From: Acidimicrobiia bacterium
Lineage (GTDB): Bacteria > Actinomycetota > Acidimicrobiia > IMCC26256 > JAENVU01
Assembly: GCA_036502405.1 (NCBI GenBank)
Contig: DASXYP010000084.1
Span: forward strand, 6,560-70,559
Direction of reading: 5' to 3'
Length of the DNA stretch: 64,000 nt
Shown here: piece by piece, positions 55,098-63,667 of the stretch
How positions within the stretch are numbered: position 1 is the first letter of the stretch
How the letters are laid out: the number at the start of each line of letters is the position of its first letter
Made by a program: the position numbers and the translations under genes
Notes under the pieces: model-generated
Seen by the model: the letters and a program-made list of their open reading frames with translations, nothing else
Told to the model about the DNA's origin: nothing
Databases searched by the model: none

Positions 55098-57491
55098 TTA
55101 CAGGTAGTCGTGGTGGAGGAGGTCGTTCGTGGCCCACCATCCCGGCACCGCGGGGATGAAGTTCGCCACCAGCTGGTTCGCGAGCACCGCGGCGACCGCG
55201 ACCTCGCTCGAGATGCCGACGGCCACCAGCGCGCCCGACATGCCGACCGACGACACCGCCGTGCCACCCCCCGGGATCGGGACCAGCGACGCGATCGTCG
55301 AGACGAAGATGTTGATCGCCAGCAGGGTCCAGAAGTTGATCGACCCGCCGAACGCGGCGAGGCAGGCGTCCATCACCGCGGCGTACAGCAGCGCGTTGAT
55401 GGCGTTGCCACCGAGCAGCTCGACGACGCGGCGAGGGGATCGGGCCGCGGCCCACATCGTCGCGGTCGCGCTCTTGATCGGCGGCAGCGCGAGCTTGCGC
55501 ACCTTCGGGATGCCGAAGATCACGCCGAGCCCGACGGCGAGGACCACGAGCGCGATCAGCAGGGCCTCGACGATCGAGCTCGTGGGGATCTTCCCCGGCT
55601 TCAGCGTCGTCGGCGAGAGCACGACCGCGAAGCCGAGCAGGATCACCTGGGCGACGATGTTGCCGACGTTGATCAAGAGCCCGCCGGACGCGACCGCGGA
55701 AGCCAGGTCGACGCCCTGGCGCTGGAGGAACCGGATCTGCGCCGCCATGCCACCGACCGCGGGCACCGCGAGGTTCGAGAACGACATCGACAGCTGGAGC
55801 TCGGCGGTGCGGATCAACGGAAGGTTGATCGGCACGGTGCCCATCAGCGCGACGGCCGTGCAGAAGTTCGTGAGCAGCGAGATGAACATCGCGAGCGCGA
55901 GCCACCAGAAGTTCGCGTCCTTGATCGTGTCGTAGAACGTCTGCGGGTCGCCGACCTGGGACAGAAGCGCGAAGACCGCGATCAGGGTGCCGATCGCCAT
56001 GAGCAGGTTCGTCCCGCTCACGCGGTAGAGCTGCTGGAGCGGCGGCGCCTCGGTGCCGACCGCGGCTGCGGCCGCGTCGCGCAGCGCGCCGATCTGCTTG
56101 CCCCGCTCCTTCCGCTCCTTGCGGTGGCCGTGGGTGAGCTCACGGGTGAGGGCAGCCGGCTGCAGCAGCGGGAGCGCCTCGGTCAGCGCGGGCGCACCCA
56201 GCCCCTGCTTCGCGGCCGCGATCGCCCGGTCGTTGCCGACGAGGTCGGCTGTGCTGACGAGCAGCTCGGCGACATCCCGCGCGCGCTGGGAGCCGGTCGC
56301 CGATCCGGCCGCGTGGTCGAAGTCGACGACCGCAACGCCGTCGTGTGCCAGCACGACGTGCTGTGCGTTCAGCGCGCCGTGGGCGACCCGGGCCTCGTGC
56401 ATGCGGTGGACCTGGCTCCAGAGGTCGCCCAGCACCGTGTCGGTGACCGTCGCGGGATCAGCGTCGGCGAGGCGGGTCCCCTCGACCGGGCGGATGACCA
56501 GCAACGCCGCGCCGGGGCCTGCGATGCCGGCGACCACGACGGTCGGCACCCGTACCTCGGCCCGTTCGGCGAGCAGCGTGATGTACGCCTGGTGCTCCAC
56601 CTCGGCCAGCCGGGTGAGGTGCAGGCTCGGGCCCGCGTCCTTGTAGAGCATGGAGCGGCCGATCTTCGAGATCAGCTGCGCGTCGGCTTCGTCGCGACCG
56701 AGCACGCGGATCCGGAGCGGCCCGTCGCTCGACTCCGAGAGCATCACTGTGCCGTAGCCCGGCTGGTGGGTGGCGAGGGACACCTCGCCATCGAACCCGG
56801 TGAGCTCGTGCAGCGCGGCCCCGACCTGCGCAGTCGTGGGCCGGCCGCCCGGCGACCCGAACGCCAGGTGCACGCACGCGGCGAGCCCCCACCCGAGCGC
56901 CACCGCGGCGAACGCGGCGTCCGGGAGCGCGATGCCCAGGTAGAGCGACGCCACCGCGAGGAGGAAGATCAGCAGCTGGCCGAGCCGGCGCATCGGCCGG
57001 GTGAGGTACGGCGACGCCACCGCGATCACGGCCACGATCACCGCGAGGCGGACCAGGGGGAAGGACGGGGTCTCGTCGAACCGGCGGGCGTAGTCGATCC
57101 CCTGCATGACGCTCGCGTCGCCGACGACGATCACACCGATCAGGCGGGCCACGAACCACGACGCGAACCCGGCGACGGCCATGTCGCGCGCGAGCCGCCA
57201 CCGACGCGCGAACAACGCGGCGATCACGACGAGCGCGAGCGCCCACAACGCGCCGAAGCGGTAGAGGATCTGGAACAGCGGCGCGAGCGCGTCCGGCAGG
57301 CCGTTGAACAGGTGGAAGAGGTTCTGCTCGCTGGTGTCGTCGCCGCCGTCGCGGTGGATGATGAGTGCCGCCACGATCACGACGGCGATGACGACCCGGA
57401 TCCAGTCGCTGGTGCGCCGGCGGTAGGGCAGCTCCGACGCAGGCCCGAACGCCCGCCCGCGCCACTGCGCCATCCGCCCCGGTTTCTCCAT
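55098..57491 (-). CDS. Tripartite membrane protein: N-terminal polytopic domain, central protein-kinase-like (Kdo/RIO-like) domain with degenerate catalytic loop, C-terminal UPF0104/MprF-flippase-like domain
   Basis: Multiple TM helices lie at both ends. The central soluble region has the kinase-like layout ...RIRVLGRDE...VRVP...LLVIRPVEG...VAHGALNAQHVVL...VVDFDHA. The C-terminal region resembles the lysylphosphatidylglycerol-synthase TM (flippase-like) family (LVPIPGGGTAV). Confidence 0.75.
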   Translation of the reverse strand: MEKPGRMAQWRGRAFGPASELPYRRRTSDWIRVVIAVVIVAALIIHRDGGDDTSEQNLFHLFNGLPDALAPLFQILYRFGALWALALVVIAALFARRWRLARDMAVAGFASWFVARLIGVIVVGDASVMQGIDYARRFDETPSFPLVRLAVIVAVIAVASPYLTRPMRRLGQLLIFLLAVASLYLGIALPDAAFAAVALGWGLAACVHLAFGSPGGRPTTAQVGAALHELTGFDGEVSLATHQPGYGTVMLSESSDGPLRIRVLGRDEADAQLISKIGRSMLYKDAGPSLHLTRLAEVEHQAYITLLAERAEVRVPTVVVAGIAGPGAALLVIRPVEGTRLADADPATVTDTVLGDLWSQVHRMHEARVAHGALNAQHVVLAHDGVAVVDFDHAAGSATGSQRARDVAELLVSTADLVGNDRAIAAAKQGLGAPALTEALPLLQPAALTRELTHGHRKERKERGKQIGALRDAAAAAVGTEAPPLQQLYRVSGTNLLMAIGTLIAVFALLSQVGDPQTFYDTIKDANFWWLALAMFISLLTNFCTAVALMGTVPINLPLIRTAELQLSMSFSNLAVPAVGGMAAQIRFLQRQGVDLASAVASGGLLINVGNIVAQVILLGFAVVLSPTTLKPGKIPTSSIVEALLIALVVLAVGLGVIFGIPKVRKLALPPIKSATATMWAAARSPRRVVELLGGNAINALLYAAVMDACLAAFGGSINFWTLLAINIFVSTIASLVPIPGGGTAVSSVGMSGALVAVGISSEVAVAAVLANQLVANFIPAVPGWWATNDLLHHDYL

Positions 57492-57554
57492 GTCGCTTCA
57501 CCATACGCGCGCGTATCCTCCGCACTGCTCCTTCTCCGACCGAGGTGACGCATC

Positions 57555-58307
57555 GTGGACGTGGCCGAGCACGTGGGGTTCCTTGCGGCTGAGGGTGAGC
57601 TGCTCGCGAGCGCGGCGAGCGGCGTCGACCCCGACGCCCCGGTCGGGACCGTCCCGGGCTGGTCGCTGCGCGACCTCGTCCACCACCTCGGCGGCATCCA
57701 CCGCTGGGCCACGACCACGATCCGTGAGGCGCGGACCGAGCGCTACGACACGACACTGCTCGAGGTGGTCGGTGCGTGGCCCGGCGACGACGAGCTCGTG
57801 GCCTGGTTCCGCGCCGGTCATGCCGCGCTGGTGCGGACCCTGCGCGACGCGGACCCGGACCTGCAGTGCTGGTCGTTCTTCGCCGCGCCGACGCCGGTCG
57901 CGTTCTGGGCCCGGCGCCAGACCCACGAGACCGCGATCCACCGCGCAGACGCGCAGAGCTGCTCGGGGCCGGTCACGCCCTATGCACCCGCGCTCGCGGC
58001 GGACGGCGTGGACGAGATCCTCACCGGCTTCGCAGCCCGCCGGGGCGAGTACCCGATCCCACCGTCCCGGATGCGACTGCGAGCCCCGGACATCGGCCGC
58101 GAGTGGCTCGCACAGCTCGGCCCCGAGCGCACGACGCTCCTCGAACCCGACGAGTGCACGACACCGGACGTCGCGGTCGAGGCCCCGGCGTCGGACCTCT
58201 ACCTGCTGATGTGGAACCGGATCCCCGCGGATGCGGTCACGGTCGACGGCGACCCGGACACACTCTCGGTGTGGCGCGACGCGGTGCGGGTCCGCTGGAG
58301 CGAGTGA
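57555..58307 (+). CDS. Maleylpyruvate-isomerase-family mycothiol-dependent (DinB-like, TIGR03083-type) protein
   Basis: WSLRDLVHHLGGIHRWA and WARRQTHETAIHRADA motifs typical of this actinobacterial family. Confidence 0.8.
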   Translation: MDVAEHVGFLAAEGELLASAASGVDPDAPVGTVPGWSLRDLVHHLGGIHRWATTTIREARTERYDTTLLEVVGAWPGDDELVAWFRAGHAALVRTLRDADPDLQCWSFFAAPTPVAFWARRQTHETAIHRADAQSCSGPVTPYAPALAADGVDEILTGFAARRGEYPIPPSRMRLRAPDIGREWLAQLGPERTTLLEPDECTTPDVAVEAPASDLYLLMWNRIPADAVTVDGDPDTLSVWRDAVRVRWSE

Positions 58308-58314
58308 TCCGCGG

Positions 58315-59598
58315 TCAGGTACGGGCGCGGTACGCGACCGGGCACGGATCGGCGGCGCGCGCGACACCACCGATCTGGAGCGGGAGCGGCCGTACCGCGT
58401 CGAACGCGGGCACGAGCTCGTACGCGTCGACCAGTGCCCGCACCGCGCGGCCGATCGCCGTCAGCGAGAACCGCTGCGCCGGGCAGCGATGCGGTCCGTG
58501 GCCGAACGTCACGACCAGCTCGCGAGCCGGCAGGGCCCGCTCCTCGCGCAGCTTCCGGCCGTCCCACCGGTCGGGGTCGAACCCGTCGAACCCCGGCGCC
58601 GCGGTCGTGTTGGTCAGCGGCACCATCGTCGCGAGCACGACGCCGGGCGGCAGCTCGTAGGTCGCGGACACATCGCGCACCGTGCAGGGCGCGAGCACCG
58701 TTCGCATCATGATCGACCGTTGGCCCAACCGGATCGACTCGAGCACGCTGCGCTCGAGCCCGGCATCATCACCGTCGATGATCCGCTGGTGCACGTCCGG
58801 ATGCAGGAGCACCAGCGCCAGCGTCCACCCGAGGGCGGCGAAGAGGTTCGTCATGGTGGCGACGTGGAGCAGGACCACGTCGCCGGCCACTCCCGCGGCG
58901 CGGGTCGCGCCAGTCGTGTCCGCCCACCGGCGGTCGATCTCCGCGAGGAACCCGTCTTCGGGTGCGCCTGCAGCGAGGAGCCGGCCGACGATGCCCTCGA
59001 CCCGCGCGAGCGCCTCCCGCTCCGCGGTGCGGTCGCTGCCGGCCGCGGCACCCCGCTCGGGGTGGACGAACGCCTCCGCCCCGTCCAGCGCCTCGAAGTC
59101 GGCGATCAGCTCGTCGAGCAACGGCGGTGCGGCCGCCTCGTCACCCATCCAGCACCCGAGTGCGAGCCGGTGCCCGAGCCGGCGCGCCAGCGCGAACACC
59201 TCGAACGTCCCCGCGTCGCCGAGCTCGTCGATCTGCCGCGCGATCGCGACGTCGAGGTGGCCGAGGTAGCCCTCGACGTCCTGCGCGCCGAAGAGGTCGT
59301 GCGCGAACGTGCGTCGATCCGCGAACAGCTCGCGCGGCAGCTTGCGCAACAGCATCCGGTAGTCCGCGAGCCCCTTGCTCGCCACCGACTCGGGGAGCGC
59401 GTACAGGTCGCGCAGGGAGTCGGGCGCGAACACGAACAGCATCCGGTCCCGGCCCGAGTCCACCACGAACGTGTCCCCGAGCTCCTCGCGTGCGGCGCGC
59501 AACGCGACGACCGGGTCTGGAGCGCTCGCGTCGTCCCACGGGAGCCGAAAGCCCGCGATCGGCGGCATCGGGTCGATCACGGGAGCGTCGTGCGGCAC
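58315..59598 (-). CDS. Cytochrome P450
   Basis: Heme-binding loop FGHGPHRCPAQRF, an ESIRL (E-x-x-R) motif and an I-helix-like HVATMTNLFAALGWT. Confidence 0.9.
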   Translation of the reverse strand: MPHDAPVIDPMPPIAGFRLPWDDASAPDPVVALRAAREELGDTFVVDSGRDRMLFVFAPDSLRDLYALPESVASKGLADYRMLLRKLPRELFADRRTFAHDLFGAQDVEGYLGHLDVAIARQIDELGDAGTFEVFALARRLGHRLALGCWMGDEAAAPPLLDELIADFEALDGAEAFVHPERGAAAGSDRTAEREALARVEGIVGRLLAAGAPEDGFLAEIDRRWADTTGATRAAGVAGDVVLLHVATMTNLFAALGWTLALVLLHPDVHQRIIDGDDAGLERSVLESIRLGQRSIMMRTVLAPCTVRDVSATYELPPGVVLATMVPLTNTTAAPGFDGFDPDRWDGRKLREERALPARELVVTFGHGPHRCPAQRFSLTAIGRAVRALVDAYELVPAFDAVRPLPLQIGGVARAADPCPVAYRART

Positions 59599-59640
59599 GC
59601 CGGGACGTTACGGCAGCGGTTGGGACCGGTGTCACACACG

Positions 59641-59668
59641 GGTTTCGCCCGCCCGACTCCGCGGGTAG
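59641..59668 (+). promoter_or_regulatory. SigB/SigF-type stress promoter candidate for the csbD-like gene
   Basis: GGTTTC-N16-GGGTAG matches the actinobacterial SigF/SigB consensus (GTTT-N15-17-GGGTA). It lies about 38 nt upstream of the ATG at 59706. Confidence 0.55.
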
Positions 59669-59705
59669 GTGGGAGATCCACGAACGACCGCGGAAGGAAC
59701 CCATC

Positions 59706-59942
59706 ATGAGCAAGGACACCGGTCCCGAGGCCGCAGTGAAGGGCGTCGTCGAAGACGTCAAGGGCAAGGCCAAGGAGGTCGCGGGCGCCGTCACGGGCCG
59801 TGACGAGCTCCAGCGCGAGGGCGAGGCCCAGCAGGACAAGGCCGACGCGCAGCGCGACGTCGCCGCCAAGGAGGCCGAGGCCGACAAGGCGCGCGCGACG
59901 GCCGCCGCCCACGAGGCGGAGGAGCGCAGCCACCAGGACTGA
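59706..59942 (+). CDS. CsbD-like general stress protein
   Basis: 78-aa product with AVKGVVEDVKGKAKEVAGAVTG...EGEAQQDKA, characteristic of the CsbD family. SD GGAAGGA. A SigB/F-like promoter lies upstream. Confidence 0.8.
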   Translation: MSKDTGPEAAVKGVVEDVKGKAKEVAGAVTGRDELQREGEAQQDKADAQRDVAAKEAEADKARATAAAHEAEERSHQD

Positions 59943-59968
59943 CGCGTCCACGTCCGCTCCCTTCGACG

Positions 59969-60001
59969 GCCCCGGCGTGACCATCACGGTCGCGCCGGGG
60001 C
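59969..60001 (+). terminator. Stem-loop downstream of the csbD-like gene (no U-tract)
   Basis: GCCCCGGCG-[15 nt]-CGCCGGGGC, 27 nt after the stop codon. Confidence 0.35.
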
Positions 60002-60031
60002 TGCTCGTCCGGCACCGCTAGGTTCACCGCC

Positions 60032-61192
60032 GTGACGAACCCCGGACCGCTCCTCGCCGCAGACGAGCAGCTCACCCACCAGATCGTCGACACCTTCGCC
60101 CGCGTCGGCGAGCGCGACCGGAGCTGGACCGAGAAGATCTGCGCGATGGCCGCCGCGAAGGACGGATCGGTCCAGCTGTCGCTCGGCCTCGGGAAGTACA
60201 CGAACCGCGGCGTGATGGACGCCTACGCCGGGATCTCGCGGGGCGTCGAGCAGTGGACCGTCCGCGCCAGCCGCGAGCTCGCACCCCACCCCGAGACCGC
60301 GACCGTCGGCCCGATCCGCTACGAGGTCGTCGAGCCGCTCCGCGAGGTCCAGTTCGCGCTCGATGCGAACGACGCGCAGCCGATCAGCTTCGAGTGGACG
60401 ATCTCGAGCCCGCTGCCGCCGGTGGTCGAGACCCGCGAGGTGCACGTCAGCCGTGACCGCTACCGCGTCGACGCCGACATCATCCGGTACCACCACGGCG
60501 GCACCGCGCGCGGCTGGGTCGACATCGACGGGGTGCGGACGACGTTCGACGCGGGGAGCTGGGTCTCGACCCGCGACCACTCATGGGGCGTGCGCTACCA
60601 GGTGGGCGCGCCGCTGCCGGACATCGCACCGTCGGTGCAGCCACCGGGGACCGCCGCGTACGTGCTGTGGTTCCCCGTGTTCTGCGAGCGACCGGGCGCC
60701 GAGCCCTACGGCCTGCACCTCTACTCCCAGCGGTTCTCGTTCGGGGACTGGAGCCGCCTGACCTTCGAGGGCGGCGTCGAGCACGCGAACGGACGCCGGG
60801 AGGCGTTCGTCGAGGCCCGCCCCGAGCTCCGCTTCGACGACCGCACCCGCCGCTTCCTCGGCGGTCGGATCACCTGCATCGGACGCGACGGCCGCGAGCG
60901 CCCGCTGCTGCTCGAGCCGGTCTCCGACACCGGGTTCCACCTCGCGACCGGGCTGTACGGCGGATTCGACGGGATGCACCACGGCCAGTGGCGGGGGGCG
61001 GAGCACGTCGAGGGCGAGCGCATCGCGGACTGCACCGCCGACGACGCGCTGCCCCGGGTCCGCCAGCACCGCCAGGCGCTGGTCCGGGTCGAGGACCCGG
61101 TCGCGGGTGGGATCGGCTACGGCGACCTGCAGAGCATCGTGACCGGCCCCCACCCCGACCTCGGCCTCACCGGCGAGGGCCCCGGCCAGTAA
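60032..61192 (+). CDS. Conserved-looking hypothetical protein (386 aa), no family recognised
   Basis: GTG start, non-repetitive sequence, high GC3. Lies between a csbD-like gene and a convergent P450 gene. Confidence 0.6.
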   Translation: MTNPGPLLAADEQLTHQIVDTFARVGERDRSWTEKICAMAAAKDGSVQLSLGLGKYTNRGVMDAYAGISRGVEQWTVRASRELAPHPETATVGPIRYEVVEPLREVQFALDANDAQPISFEWTISSPLPPVVETREVHVSRDRYRVDADIIRYHHGGTARGWVDIDGVRTTFDAGSWVSTRDHSWGVRYQVGAPLPDIAPSVQPPGTAAYVLWFPVFCERPGAEPYGLHLYSQRFSFGDWSRLTFEGGVEHANGRREAFVEARPELRFDDRTRRFLGGRITCIGRDGRERPLLLEPVSDTGFHLATGLYGGFDGMHHGQWRGAEHVEGERIADCTADDALPRVRQHRQALVRVEDPVAGGIGYGDLQSIVTGPHPDLGLTGEGPGQ

Positions 61193-61224
61193 CGCCCCGA
61201 TTCGCTTGCGCGCGCCGGGCCGGG

Positions 61225-62418
61225 TCAGGCGAAGCGGATGGGGACGGCGTGCGGGCCGCGCACGAGGCTCGAAGGCATCCACTCGGCCTCGCCCGCGATC
61301 TCGTAGTCGGGGAAGCGGGCGAGGACCTCTTCGAACACGATGCGCGCCTCGAGCCGGGCGAGCGCGGCACCGAGGCAGAGGTGCTCGCCGAAGCCGAACG
61401 CGAGGTTCGGCACCTCAACCGGTCGCGCCGCGTCGAAGCGGTCGGCGGTCGGCCCGAACGCGGCCTCATCACGGTTGCCGGACGCGTACAGCATCACGAG
61501 GTAGTCGTCGGCCGCGACCGGCACGCCCCCGATTTCGGTGTCCCGGGTGACCGTGCGGGCGAACTGCTGGATCGGCGTGACCCAGCGGAGGCACTCCTCG
61601 ACCGCACCCGGGACCGACGCCGGGTCTGCTGCGACGGCGGCGCGCTGGTCGGGGTGCTCGGCCAGCGCCATCATCCCGCCGGAGATCAGGTGCCGCGTGG
61701 TCTCGTTGCCCGCCACGAGCAGCGACATGTTGAACGTGACCAGCTCCCCGGTCGTGAGCGGGCGCCCGTCCACCTCGGCTCCGACCAACAGCGAGACGAC
61801 GTCGTCACCTGGGTGCGCGACCTTCTCGCGCGCGTGCGCTTCGAGGAACGCGACGAGCTCCATGACGTCCCGGAGCGCATCGGGCGGCAGCGCGGCGCGG
61901 CCGTCGGACGCGAGGATCGTCGCGTCCGACCAGCGCCGGAAGTCGGACCGGTTCGCGTCGGGCACGCCGAGCAGCTCGCAGATGACGAGAACCGGGAGCG
62001 GAGCCGACAGCACGTCGACGAGATCCACGACCTCGCCCGGGGGCACCGCATCGAGCAGGTGCCGCGCGAGCGAGCGGATGTCGTCCTCCATCCGCTGGAC
62101 CGCGCGTGCGGTGAACTCGCGGTTGAGGATCCTCCGCCAGCTGCCGTGCTGTGGTGGGTCCATGTGCAGGATCGAGCCGTCGACCGTCCCGCCCTCGCGC
62201 AGCGGGTCGTTGACCAGCGCGCCGCGGCCCGAGCAGAAGGTCTCGGGGTCGCGGCTGATCGCGCGGATGTCGTGGTACCGGGTGATCGCTTTCGTGCCCG
62301 GGGCGTACTCGAAGACCGGCGCCTCGGTGCGGAGTCGGGCGAGGATCTCGTAGTAGTCCGGCCGGAGGAAGAACCCGGGCGTGCTCGGGTCGATGGCCAG
62401 GTGGTCGATCGCAGTCAC
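61225..62418 (-). CDS. Cytochrome P450 (CYP125/CYP142-like size class)
   Basis: Heme loop FGFGEHLCLGAALAR, an ECLRW (E-x-x-R) motif and I-helix LLVAGNETT. The GTG overlaps the upstream gene's stop (GTGA). The track ORF's N-terminal extension is rejected. Confidence 0.9.
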   Translation of the reverse strand: MTAIDHLAIDPSTPGFFLRPDYYEILARLRTEAPVFEYAPGTKAITRYHDIRAISRDPETFCSGRGALVNDPLREGGTVDGSILHMDPPQHGSWRRILNREFTARAVQRMEDDIRSLARHLLDAVPPGEVVDLVDVLSAPLPVLVICELLGVPDANRSDFRRWSDATILASDGRAALPPDALRDVMELVAFLEAHAREKVAHPGDDVVSLLVGAEVDGRPLTTGELVTFNMSLLVAGNETTRHLISGGMMALAEHPDQRAAVAADPASVPGAVEECLRWVTPIQQFARTVTRDTEIGGVPVAADDYLVMLYASGNRDEAAFGPTADRFDAARPVEVPNLAFGFGEHLCLGAALARLEARIVFEEVLARFPDYEIAGEAEWMPSSLVRGPHAVPIRFA

Positions 62419-63524
62419 CGTGCGCCTCCGTTCGCGGTCGCGATGCGCCGGGAGAGCAGGTCGAGCAACGGGTTGTCGGCGATCGGGAGCATCGGCGGCA
62501 CCACGCGAGGATCTCTGCCGGCCGATTGTCGGGCGGGCGTGGCGCTGGCGCCCGGCTGAGGCCCTTCCTGCTCCTGCACGTACGCGAGGCGGGTCATGAT
62601 CGCGATGCTGCGGACCATCGCGAAGACCTCGTACCACTCGAGGTCGACGAGGCTGCGCCCGGCCTGCGCCTCGTAGTGCGCGCACGCATCGTCGTGGTCG
62701 AGGAACCCGGGGACCGACCGGCCGAAGAGCTCGTTCTGGGTCGCCTCGAGCGTGAGGTGCCACGCGAGGTCGTGCTCCGCCGCGCCGATCGACGTCATCT
62801 CCCAGTCGAGCACCGCCGCGGGGCGCCGGGCGTCGTCGAACACGATGTTCCCGAGCCGCACGTCACCCCACAGGAACGACGGCGGCGGCTCGTGGGCGGG
62901 GCGGTGCTTGGTGCACCAGGCGAGGGCGTCGGCCAGTGCGGGGACCAGCACCTCGCCGGCGCCGTACCAGTCGAGGTAGCGCTGCCAGGACGCGAGCTCC
63001 GCGTCGAGGTCACGTGACGGCACGACGCGGTCGAGCTCGACCGCGCGCCAGTCGATGCGGTGCAACGTCGCGAGGATGTCGTACAGGCCGCGCGACACGG
63101 TGGCCGCCGCTTCCGGGCTCTCGGTCACCCATGGGTCGCGCAGCGGCATCGAACCGGGGATGTGCCCGGCGACGGCGGGCATGACGAGGAACGGCGCGCC
63201 CAGCCACTGCGGGTCCGTCTCGAGGTCGACCGGGACCGCGGTCGGCACCCCGCCGGCCGCGGCGACCTCCTGGGCGCGCGCCTGCACCGCGAGGTCGTAG
63301 CCGGGGAAGATCCCGGCCGCGGACGGGGCGAGCCGTACGACGAGCCTCTCCGGCTCCGCGCTCCGCTCGGGATCGAGGACGTCGAGCATGAGGGTCTCGC
63401 TCGACAGGCCTGCCGCCGGGCGCTCGCACCGGGTCACGTCGAGCTCGGACCCACCCCGGCGGTCGCGGAGCCACCGGGTCATCCCCTCGGCCACCGCGGC
63501 CGGATCACGTTGCACTGCGAGCAT
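62415..63524 (-). CDS. Phosphotransferase (APH/choline-kinase-like) family protein
   Basis: Brenner-type catalytic motif FLWGDVRLGNIVF followed by VLDWEM. ATG 63524 with SD GGGGGAG 6 nt upstream. Confidence 0.85.
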   Translation of the reverse strand: MLAVQRDPAAVAEGMTRWLRDRRGGSELDVTRCERPAAGLSSETLMLDVLDPERSAEPERLVVRLAPSAAGIFPGYDLAVQARAQEVAAAGGVPTAVPVDLETDPQWLGAPFLVMPAVAGHIPGSMPLRDPWVTESPEAAATVSRGLYDILATLHRIDWRAVELDRVVPSRDLDAELASWQRYLDWYGAGEVLVPALADALAWCTKHRPAHEPPPSFLWGDVRLGNIVFDDARRPAAVLDWEMTSIGAAEHDLAWHLTLEATQNELFGRSVPGFLDHDDACAHYEAQAGRSLVDLEWYEVFAMVRSIAIMTRLAYVQEQEGPQPGASATPARQSAGRDPRVVPPMLPIADNPLLDLLSRRIATANGGAR

Positions 63525-63628
63525 CGTCGACTCCCCCGGATCGTCGTCGACGCTACAGAAGGCCGCCGGAGGGCGCCGCACCAACCCGGGTCCGGCGGTC
63601 GCGCTCCGGAGATCTCGGACGGCGAGCC

Positions 63629-63659
63629 TTGACTTCAAGCGCGCTTGAACTCTTATCGT
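63629..63659 (+). promoter_or_regulatory. Sigma-70-like promoter candidate with embedded 16-bp palindrome (operator candidate)
   Basis: TTGACT (63629-63634), then the TTCAAGCGCGCTTGAA palindrome (63634-63649), then TCTTAT/TATCGT -10 candidates (63651-63659). The ATG at 63668 lies only 9-12 nt downstream. Confidence 0.45.
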
Positions 63660-63667
63660 GCCGGGTC

